From: Yuukianura sp. NJ FZ-2021
Taxonomy: Eukaryota
Length of the DNA: 64,000 nt
Assembly (NCBI GenBank): GCA_046563655.1
Contig: CM102287.1
Coordinates: forward strand, 372,001 to 436,000
Direction of reading: 5' to 3'
Below, piece by piece: positions 53,560 to 64,000 of the stretch. Every line of letters starts with the position of its first letter. The stretch's first letter is position 1. The notes beneath the pieces are model-generated. The model saw only the letters and a program-made list of their open reading frames with translations, had not been told where the DNA came from and did not search any database. A program made the translations under genes and the position numbers.

Positions 53560-54084
53560 TTACGACATATCATCAAGAATGTTCATTAACGCAGACTTGG
53601 TTAAACGAATTACATTTCGTTTTCCTGCGTTTACAATTGCTATCAAGTATTCCAACTGATTTGAGTTTAATTTTGACCTTTGATCTTGATCCGATGAGTC
53701 CGATTGCATCTCATTGTCATCTTCGTCCGCCTCCGAATAGCTCTCTGAGCCTTCACTTTCCTCATTGTCCTCGCTATCGTCATCTACGGCTTCCACAATT
53801 GTTCGCAAACCATCTAAAGTGAGTCGATGAGCCCCGACGTCGGCATTGTGTAGAGCATGTAAGATCAATGATATGCTGGATTTGCTCATTATTGCTTCGG
53901 CTTTGCTCTCTTCCGATTCAGCGTCCGAGATGCTGTCATCATTCTCTGATTCTGCAGAATCTGAGTTTGGTGCATCTTCGTAAACTTCTGATGACATCCC
54001 AGCTGAATGAACAGTACGACGGTGTCGATTTAGTGAGTCCGTTCGAGAAAAAGGAATGCCACAAATTTCGCAGTACACGTTCAT
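53560..54084 (-). CDS. Single C2H2 zinc-finger protein (174 aa) with acidic tracts
   Basis: MNVYCEICGIPFSRTDSLNRHRRTVH is a canonical C-x2-C-x3-F-x5-L-x2-H-x4-H finger; intact ORF; TATAAA 54203-54198, TCAGTT 54175-54170, AATAAA at about 53502-53497. Confidence 0.8.
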   Translation of the reverse strand: MNVYCEICGIPFSRTDSLNRHRRTVHSAGMSSEVYEDAPNSDSAESENDDSISDAESEESKAEAIMSKSSISLILHALHNADVGAHRLTLDGLRTIVEAVDDDSEDNEESEGSESYSEADEDDNEMQSDSSDQDQRSKLNSNQLEYLIAIVNAGKRNVIRLTKSALMNILDDMS

Positions 54085-54169
54085 GACGTAAATTACAAAA
54101 ATCGTAGAGGTTAGGTGGTTAGTATTATCTTAAGTGCAGCACTTTCGCACTCTGCGGATGCAACCTTGC

Positions 54170-54203
54170 AACTGAACAAAATCTCGGTAACGCTAAGTTT
54201 ATA
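54170..54203 (-). promoter_or_regulatory. TATA + initiator core promoter of zinc-finger gene B
   Basis: TATAAA and TCAGTT with 30-nt spacing, conserved with 49250-49283. Confidence 0.75.
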
Positions 54204-54695
54204 GCGAATTGTGGTGGTGGTGGCGGTCGTGCTGGTGGTGGTGGTCGCGGTGGTGGTGGTGGTGGTGGTGATGATGATGTTGGTGGTGGTAGTGGTGTGT
54301 AATACTGTACTCCAGTGGTACATCGAAGCGAAATTAGAAAATATTTGCTTTTTATATATAGAAAAGCCAAGTATACTCTTAGCCAATTGAACACAATCTT
54401 TCATGTTGTCTCCATTCAAGCAACATGGCTGTCGTTTTGAATCTCTGTTGGCATTAATTACTCTTGAAGGTTATTTTGCGCCCTGGTACAAACATACCCA
54501 TATATAACGATATGAATATGAGTTCTGGGGATCTTTAAAATCAGCGTACTCATACTTGAAGCGGTGCTGTGTCTTGACGCTATTCCGCCGCGTAACCACT
54601 TTTTTTTATTCATATACCAAAGCAAGACTCGAACTCACAGCAACAAAGCTTGACTTGACTTGGAAAACTCAACACAAAATATCACTACTTGACTA

Positions 54696-55113
54696 CTAAG
54701 TAAACACCTTCAATCTAATTAGTATAGGTTCTCGACAAACTGCGCAATTTCTTACTGACAATAAACATGTAGCACAAGCAATTAGATGTTTACACGGTAA
54801 GAATACATCGCAGGCTTCTTTGTCCAAGCAAATCTTCCGGTGCTCCAACAATGTTTCCGGTGCTCCAACAACGGGTCATCACCAACCACCCACTCACCTA
54901 CGACACTAAGGACATGCTACCTGTTCAGAAAACAAATTGTTCAAAAAAACATACTTTTTTTCAAAGTTGCAAATTACCCACCTTGTCATCTACTCCAAAG
55001 TAGTAAAATCCTGCACACGAGCACGCTTCCGGGGTCACAAAACTCAATGGCCATCTCACCTGACCGTTCTGATACGTTTTTAATCTCCCCTCATACGTAA
55101 AGAGAACTTCCAT
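54696..55113 (-). pseudogene. iap: Inhibitor-of-apoptosis (BIR + C-terminal RING) pseudogene with a 61-bp intron
   Basis: Exon 1 (55113-54982) MEVLFTYEGRLKTY...WPLSFVTPEACSCAGFYYFGVDDK; GT..AG intron 54981-54921; exon 2 VACP*C / VGEWVVGDDPLLEHRKH (stop and frameshift); then KICLDKEACDVFLPCKHLIACATCLLSVRNCAVCREPILIRLKVFT* (54836-54696), an IAP-type RING lacking its first Cys. AATAAA at about 54610-54605. Confidence 0.93.
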
Positions 55114-55219
55114 CTTTTTTTGAATGACTTGCCACAACGCAAGCACTGCTAAATATATACATGCGCATGACGTAATTTCGAGTCGACTTTTTACAGCATT
55201 GAAATGACGATCAACATGT

Positions 55220-55919
55220 CTTTGAAAACAGTTCGGACTTTGGACCCTGGAGTCACTGTGCATTCGGGCTTAAAGACCTTGAGCTAACCTTACATTCTTG
55301 GACCAACGACTACAAGGCGTTCGAAAACAGACTTTCAGCCTTACACTGACCTTGCCTTCTTGCCAAAGGGTGATGAGTCACCACTCCTCCTTCCGTCTTC
55401 GAAAAAACGTTCGGACTTTGTACACTCAACTCAAAGCTTTCGCACACCTAACCTTTGCACCTAACCTTGCTTTCTTAATGAGTTAAGTGTGTGACTCGCC
55501 AAACGATTTAAGAACGTTTTACGTTCTTAGCTGATATTATCATACTACTCAGGAGTAGGATTCTGCGAATCCTGACTCCTCCAGAACCCCTATAAATAGA
55601 GGTTGCATTGTTGTATCTAGATCTTAGTCTTCATTCTATTGTCTGCTGGTTCTGAGTGAGCTACCTTCAATGCCCTCAGTGGGTAGTCTTTATTTTCAAT
55701 AAACCACTGACAATACCATTTCGTTGACCCTTGAGGTCATTGCTCTGTTGTTGCGTTCTTTATTGTCCTGGCCTTTAGTAGGCGCAGGGCGTTGATTTAG
55801 CTAGGGCGCAATTGTTGGAGCATTGTTTTTCTGGTTCTCTCCTGAGGGGAGAGGAGTTAGGACCCTTACAGGACGTTGTATAGGCACCTTGGGTGCCTAG
55901 AGTACGACGCCTTGTAACA
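55220..55919 (+). mobile_element. Probable 5'-truncated LTR remnant (left boundary uncertain)
   Basis: Short repeated motifs (GTTCGGACTTTG at about 55231 and 55409), TATAAATA at 55591, TTAGTC about 34 nt later, AATAAA at 55698, and a ...TGTAACA end exactly at the satellite start. No 5' TG end or TSD found. Confidence 0.5.
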
Positions 55920-58900
55920 ATACTGAAAAGTGGAATTTATGCCTTGTTATCGCTTATAACTATCTTTAAGGAACGCATCTAATACCGGTCCACTTTGTCG
56001 TAGTCCATCAACGACTATTACACACGGTGAACCACTTGTTGTCAGCCTTCATCTTTGAGCTCAAAGGAGAAGTGCCGGTAAAATGACAAGCTCGCCCTCA
56101 CTACAGATACCAACCAGTACTCATTTTGACACTATGAATCACAATGACTCCGACGGCAATGGAACTTCAGGGGATCCCATTATTACGTTTTCTAAATCAA
56201 AATCGAACATTCAGCATTATTTGTTATTTTGATTAAAATTGTTAGGAAAGACTTTTTTATGTCATACTACCACATTGCACTTCCGATAAAGCACGCCTGA
56301 ATAACTGGTGTTCAACAATAATCCGGAATTATATTTTAGCCCAACTCCACTATGCAACAAGTGCATAAATTTAACTGTCATTTTGGTATAAACTAATGTG
56401 GGAACTATACAACGAAGTTTTAAACACTGAAAAATGGAATTTATGCCTTGTTATCGCTTATAACCATCTTCATGGAACGCATCTAATACCGGTCCACTTA
56501 GTCGTAGTGCATCAACGACTATTACACACGGTGAACCACTTGTTGTCATCCTTCATCTTTGAGCACAAAGGAGAAGTGCCGGTGAAATTACAAGCTCGCC
56601 CTCACTACAGATACCAACCAGTACTCATTTTGACACTATGAATCACAATGACTCCAACGGCAATGGAACTTCAAGGGATCCCATTATTACATTTTCTAAA
56701 TCAAAATCGAACATTCAGCATTATTTGTTATTTTGATTAAAATTGTTAGGAAAGACTTTTTTATGTCATACTACCACATTGCACTTCCAATAAAGCACAC
56801 CTGAATAACTGGTGTTCAACAATAATCTGGAATTATATTTTAGCCCAACTCCACTATGCAACAAGTGCATAAATCTAACTGTCATTTTGGTATAAACTAA
56901 TGTGGGAACTATACAACGAAGTTTTAAACATACTGAAAAATGGAATTTATGCCTTGTTATCGCTTATAACCATCTTCATGGAACACATCTAATACCGGTC
57001 CACTTTGTCGTAGTGCATCAACGACTATTACACACGGTGACACACTTGTTGTCAGCCTTAATTTTTGAGCACAAAGGAGAAGTGCCGGTGAAATGACAGG
57101 CTCGCCCTCACTACAGATACCAACCAGTACTCATTTTGACACTATGAATCACAATGACTCCGACGGCAATGGAACTTCAGGGGATCCTATTATTACATTT
57201 TCTTAATTAATCAAAATCGAAAATTCAGCATTATTTGTTATTTTGATTAAAATTTTTAGGAAATACTTTTTTATGTCATACTACCACCTTGCACTTCCAA
57301 TAAAGCACACCAGAATAACTGGTGTTCAACAATAATCTGGAATTATATTTTAGCCCAACTCCACTATGCAACAAGTGCATAAATCTAATTGTCATTTTGG
57401 TATAAACTAATGTGGGAACTATACAACGAAGTTTTAAACATACTGAAAAATGGAATTTATGCCCTGTTATCGCTTATAACCATCTTCATAGAACGCATCT
57501 AATACCGGTCCACTTTGTCGTAGTGCATCAACGACTATTACACACAATGAACCACTTGGTGTCAGCCTTCATCTTTGAGCACAAAGGAGAAGTGCCGGTG
57601 AAATTACAAGCTCGCCCTCACTACAGATACCAACCAGTACTCATTTTGACACTATGAATCACAATGACTCCGACGGCAATGGAACTTCAGGGGTTCCCAT
57701 TATTACATTTTCTAAATCAAAATCGAACATTCAGCATTATTTGTTATTTTGATGAAAATTTTTAGGAAATACTTTTTTATGTCATACTACCACCTTGCAC
57801 TTCCAATAAAGCACACCAGAATAACTGGTGTTCAACAATAATCTGGAATTATATTTTAGCCCAACTCCACTATGCAACAAGTGCATAAATCTAATTGTCA
57901 TTTTGGTATAAACTAATGTGGGAACTATACAACGAAGTTTTAAACATACTGAAAAATGGAATTTATGCCTTGTTATCGCTTATAACCATCTGCAAGGAAC
58001 GCATCTTATACCGGTCCACTTTGTCGTAGTGCATCAACGACTATTACACACGGTGAACCACTTGTTGTCAGCCTTAATTTTTGAGCAAGAAGGAGAAGTG
58101 CCGGTGAAATGACAAGCTCGCCCTCACTACAGATACCAACCAGTACTCATTTTGACACTACGAATCACAATGACTCCGACGGCAATGGAACTTCAGGGGA
58201 TCCCATTATTACATTTTCTAAATCAAAATCGAACATTCAGCATTATTTGTTATTTTGATTAAAATTTTTAGGAAATACTTTTTTATGTCATACTACCACC
58301 TTGCACTTCCAATAAAGCACACCAGAATAACTGGTGTTCAACAATAATCTGGAATTATATTTTAGCCCAACTCCACTATGCAACAAGTGCATAAATCTAA
58401 TTGTCATTTTGGTATAAACTAATGTGGGAACTATACAACGAAGTGTTAAACATACTGAAAAGTGGAATTTATGCCTTGTTATCGCTTATAACCATCTGCA
58501 AGGAACGCATCTAATACCGGTCCACTTTGTCGTAGTGCATCAACGACTATTACACACGGTGAACCACTTGTTGTCAGCCTTCATTTTTGAGCACAAAGGA
58601 GAAGTGCCGGTGAAATGACAAGCTCGCCCTCACTACAGATACCAACCAGTACTCATTTTGACACTATGAATCACAATGACTCCGACGGCAATGGAACTTC
58701 AGGGGATCCCATTATTACATTTTCTAAATCAAAATCGAACATTCAGCATTATTTGTTATTTTGATTAAAATTTTTAAGAAATACTTTTTTATGTCATACT
58801 ACCACCTTGCACTTCCAATAAAGCACACCTGAATAACTGGTGTTCAACAATAATCTGGAATTGTATTTTAGCCTAACTCCACTATGCAACCAGTGCATAA

Positions 58901-61900
58901 ATCTAACTGTCATTTTGGTATAAACTAATGTGGGAACTATACAACGAAGTTTTAAACATACTGAAAAATGGAATTTCTGCCTTGTTATCGCTTATAACCA
59001 TCTTCATAGAACGCATCTAATACCGGTCCACTTTGTCGTAGTGCATCAACGACTATTACACACAATGAACCACTTGGTGTCAGCCTTCATCTTTGAGCAC
59101 AAAGGAGAAGTGCCGGTGAAATTACAAGCTCGCCCTCACTACAGATACCAACCAGTACTCATTTTGACACTATGAATCACAATGACTCCGACGGCAATGG
59201 AACTTCAGGGGTTCCCATTATTACATTTTCTAAATCAAAATCGAACATTCAGCATTATTTGTTATTTTGATTAAAATTTTTAGGAAATACTTTTTTATGT
59301 CATACTACCACCTTGCACTTCCAATAAAGCACACCAGAATAACTGGTGTTCAACAATAATCTGGAATTATATTTTAGCCCAACTCCACTATGCAACAAGT
59401 GCATAAATCTAATTGTCATTTTGGTATAAACTAATGTGGGAACTATACAACGAAGTGTTAAACATACTGAAAAGTGGAATTTATGCCTTGTTATCGCTTA
59501 TAACCATCTGCAAGGAACGCATCTAATACCGGTCCACTTTGTCGTAGTGCATCAACGACTATTACACACGGTGAACCACTTGTTGTCAGCCTTAATTTTT
59601 GAGCACAAAGGAGAAGTGCCGGTGAAATGACAAGCTCGCCCTCACTACAGATACCAACCAGTACTCATTTTGACACTACGAATCACAATGACTCCGACGG
59701 CAATGGAACTTCAGGGGATCCCATTATTACATTTTCTAAATCAAAATCGAACATTCAGCATTATTTGTTATTTTGATTAAAATTTTTAGGAAATACTTTT
59801 TTATGTCATACTACCACCTTGCACTTCCAATAAAGCACACCAGAATAACTGGTGTTCAACAATAATCTGGAATTATATTTTAGCCCAACTCCACTATGCA
59901 ACAAGTGCATAAATCTAATTGTCATTTTGGTATAAACTAATGTGGGAACTATACAACGAAGTGTTAAACATACTGAAAAGTGGAATTTATGCCTTGTTAT
60001 CGCTTATAACCATCTGCAAGGAACGCATCTAATACCGGTCCACTTTGTCGTAGTGCATCAACGACTATTACACACGGTGAACCACTTGTTGTCAGCCTTC
60101 ATTTTTGAGCACAAAGGAGAAGTGCCGGTGAAATTACAAGCTCGCCCTCACTACAGATACCAACCAGTACTCATTTTGACACTATGAATCACAATGACTC
60201 CGACGGCAATGGAACTTCAGGGGATCCCATTATTACATTTTCTAAATCAAAATCGAACATTCAGCATTATTTGTTATTTTGATTAAAATTTTTAGGAAAT
60301 ACTTTTTTATGTCATACTACCACCTTGCACTTCCAATAAAGCACACCAGAATAACTGGTGTTCAACAATAATCTGGAATTATATTTTAGCCCAACTCCAC
60401 TATGCAACAAGTGCATAAATCTAATTGTCATTTTGGTATAAACTAATGTGGGAACTATACAACGAAGTGTTAAACATACTGAAAAGTGGAGTTTATGCCT
60501 TGTTATCGCTTATAACCATCTGCAAGGAACGCATCTAATACCGGTCCACTTTGTCGTAGTGCATCAACGACTATTACACACGGTGAACCACTTGTTGTCA
60601 GCCTTAATTTTTGAGCACAAAGGAGAAGTGCCGGTGAAATGACAAGCTCGCCCTCACTACAGATACCAACCAGTACTCATTTTGACACTACGAATCACAA
60701 TGACTCCGACGGCAATGGAACTTCAGGGGATCCCATTATTACATTTTCTAAATCAAAATCGAACATTCAGCATTATTTGTTATTTTGATTAAAATTTTTA
60801 GGAAATACTGTTTTATGTCATACTACCACCTTGCACTTCCAATAAAGCACACCTGAATAACTGGTGTTCAACAATAATCTGGAATTATATTTTAGCCCAA
60901 CTCCACTATGCAACAAGTGCATAAATCTAATTGTCATTTTGGTATAAACTAATGTGGGAACTATACAACGAAGTGTTAAACATACTGAAAAGTGGAATTT
61001 ATGCCTTGTTATCGCTTATAACCATCTGCAAGGAACGCATCTAATACCGGTCCACTTTGTCGTAGTGCATCAACGACTATTACACACGGTGAACCACTTG
61101 TTGTCAGCCTTAATTTTTGAGCACAAAGGAGAAGTGCCGGTGAAATGACAAGCTCGCCCTCACTACAGATACCAACCAGTACTCATTTTGACACTACGAA
61201 TCACAATGACTCCGACGGCAATGGAACTTCAGGGGATCCCATTATTACATTTTCTAAATCAAAATCGAACATTCAGCATTATTTGTTATTTTGATTAAAA
61301 TTTTTAGGAAATACTTTTTTATGTCATACTACCACCTTGCACTTCCAATAAAGCACACCTGAATAACTGGTGTTCAACAATAATCTGGAATTGTATTTTA
61401 GCCTAACTCCACTATGCAACCAGTGCATAAATCTAACTGTCATTTTGGTATAAACTAATGTGGGAACTATACAACGAAGTTTTAAACATACTGAAAAATG
61501 GAATTTATGCCTTGTTATCGCTTATAACCATCTGCAAGGAACGCATCTAATACCGGTCCACTTTGTCGTAGTGCATCAACGACTATTACACACGGTGAAC
61601 CACTTGTTGTCAGCCTTAATTTTTGAGCACAAAGGAGAAGTGCCGGTGAAATGACAAGCTCGCCCTCACTACAGATACCAACCAGTACTCATTTTGACAC
61701 TACGAATCACAATGACTCCGACGGCAATGGAACTTCAGGGGATCCCATTATTACATTTTCTAAATCAAAATCGAACATTCAGCATTATTTGTTATTTTGA
61801 TTAAAATTTTTAGGAAATACTTTTTTATGTCATACTACCACCTTGCACTTCCAATAAAGCACACCTGAATAACTGGTGTTCAACAATAATCTGGAATTGT

Positions 61901-64000
61901 ATTTTAGCCTAACTCCACTATGCAACCAGTGCATAAATCTAACTGTCATTTTGGTATAAACTAATGTGGGAACTATACAACGAAGTTTTAAACATACTGA
62001 AAAATGGAATTTATGCCTTGTTATCGCTTATAACCATCTTCATAGAACGCATCTAATACCGGTCCACTTTGTCGTAGTGCATCAACGACTATTACACACA
62101 ATGAACCACTTGTTGTCAGCCTTCATCTTTGAGCACAAAGGAGAAGTGCCGGTGAAATTACAAGCTCGCCCTCACTACAGATACCAACCAGTACTCATTT
62201 TGACACTATGAATCACAATGACTCCGACGGCAATGGAACTTCAGGGGTTCCCATTATTACATTTTCTAAATCAAAATCGAACATTCAGCATTATTTGTTA
62301 TTTTGATTAAAATTTTTAGGAAATACTTTTTTATGTCATACTACCACCTTGCACTTCCAATAAAGCACACCTGAATAACTGGTGTTCAACAATAATCTGG
62401 AATTGTATTTTAGCCTAACTCCACTATGCAACCAGTGCATAAATCTAACTGTCATTTTGGTATAAACTAATGTGGGAACTATACAACGAAGTTTTAAACA
62501 TACTGAAAAATGGAATTTATGCCTTGTTATCGCTTATAACCATCTTCATAGAACGCATCTAATACCGGTCCACTTTGTCGTAGTGCATCAACGACTATTA
62601 CACACAATGAACCACTTGTTGTCAGCCTTCATCTTTGAGCACAAAGGAGAAGTGCCGGTGAAATTACAAGCTCGCCCTCACTACAGATACCAACCAGTAC
62701 TCATTTTGACACTATGAATCACAATGACTCCGACGGCAATGGAACTTCAGGGGTTCTGATTTATTACATTTTCTAAATCAAAATCGAACATTCAGCATTA
62801 TTTGTTATTTTGATTAAAATTTTTAGGAAATACTTTTTTATGTCATACTACCACCTTGCACTTCCAATAAAGCACACCTGAATAACTGGTGTTCAACAAT
62901 AATCTGGAATTATATTTTAGCCCAACTCCACTATGCAACAAAAGCATAAATCTAACTGTCATTTTGGTATAAACTAATGTGGGAACTATACAACGAAGTT
63001 TTAAACATACTGAAAAGTGGAATTTATGCCTTGTTATCGCTTATAACCATCTGCAAGGAACGAATCTAATACCGGTCCACTTTATCGTAGTGCATCAACG
63101 ACTATTACACACGGTGAACCACTTGTTGTCAGCCTTCATATTTGAGCACAAAGGAGAAGTGCCGGTGAAATGACAAGCTCGCCCTCACTACAGATACCAA
63201 CCAGTACTCATTTTGACACTATGAATCACAATGACTCCGACGGCAATGGAACTTCAGGGGATCCCATTATTACATTTTCTAAATCAAAATCGAACATTCA
63301 GCATTATTTGTTATTTTGATTAAAATTTTTAGGAAATACTTTTTTATGTCATACTACCACCTTGCACTTCCAATAAAGCACACCTGAATAACTGGTGTTC
63401 AACAATAATCTGGAATTATATTTTAGCCCAACTCCACTATGCAACAAGTGCATAAATCTAACTGTCATTTTGGTATAAACTAATGTGGGAACTATACAAC
63501 GAAGTTTTAAACATACTGAAAAGTGGAATTTATGCCTTGTTATCGCTTATAACCATCTGCAAGGAACGCATCTAATACCGGCCCACTTTGTCGTAGTGCA
63601 TCAACGACTATTACACACGGTGAACCACTTGTTGTCAGCCTTCATCTTTGAGCTCAAAGGAGAAGTGCCGGTGAAATGACAAGCTCGCCCTCACTACAGA
63701 TACCAACCAGTACTCATTTTGACACTATGAATCACAATGACTCCGACGGCAATGGAACTTCAGGGGTTCTGATTTATTACATTTTCTAAATCAAAATCGA
63801 ACATTCAGCATTATTTGTTATTTTGATTAAAATTTTTAGGAAATACTTTTTTATGTCATACTACCACCTTGCACTTCCAATAAAGCACACCTGAATAACT
63901 GGTGTTCAACAATAATCTGGAATTATATTTTAGCCCAACTCCACTATGCAACAAGTGCATAAATCTAACTGTCATTTTGGTATAAACTAATGTGGGAACT
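55920..64000 (+). repeat. 506-bp satellite, about 16 copies, running off the window
   Basis: AATGTGGGAACTATACAACGAAG recurs at a 506 period (occasionally 507 or 510); no similarity seen to the 155-bp family. Confidence 0.98.

Noticed and set aside
49365..54086. Antisense ORFs 49365-49733, 49408-49785, 52063-52338, 53535-53822, 53868-54086
   Set aside because: Shadow frames of better-supported ORFs on the opposite strand.
49010..54419. Poly-Thr, poly-Pro and His/Gly-rich ORFs (49010, 49101, 49730, 49939, 54111, 54125)
   Set aside because: Translations of (ACC)n microsatellites lying upstream of TATA boxes or between cassettes.
48561..55919. Calling the island a complete Maverick/Polinton or provirus
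   Set aside because: No terminal repeats, TSD or core genes are visible; kept only as a hypothesis.
56396..63679. 64/81-aa ORF in each 506-bp unit; weak minus-strand motifs ADNKWFTV (transposase-like) and PCVIVVDAL (Walker B-like)
   Set aside because: Mostly GTG starts, polymorphic stop and no domain; the motifs are too short and flanked by stops.

Overview
Eukaryotic (metazoan, probably invertebrate) heterochromatin-like DNA, about 85% tandem repeat; almost all tracked ORFs are repeat artefacts. 1-37856 and 40356-40519: + strand 155-bp satellite in which about 45 copies of a ~185-bp degenerate Gypsy-type integrase fragment are part of the repeat unit. It is organised into successive higher-order repeats (542, 697, 850, 1239, 1625 bp, plus a 7415-bp duplication). 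37857-40355: non-autonomous composite Helitron inserted at an A^T site inside a monomer. 40521-48560: inverted, insert-free subfamily of the same satellite, joined through a microhomology junction. 48561-55919: ~7.4-kb non-satellite island of compact, partly decayed cassettes, most with TATA about 30 nt before an initiator and a downstream AATAAA. It holds two inverted paralogous C2H2 zinc-finger genes, an intron-containing BIR-RING IAP pseudogene, orphan ORFs, a palindromic GGGTTTAAACCC array and a probable LTR remnant. The island resembles a decayed Maverick/Polinton or endogenous DNA-virus accessory region; this is inference, as no hallmark core gene is visible. 55920-64000: unrelated 506-bp satellite.
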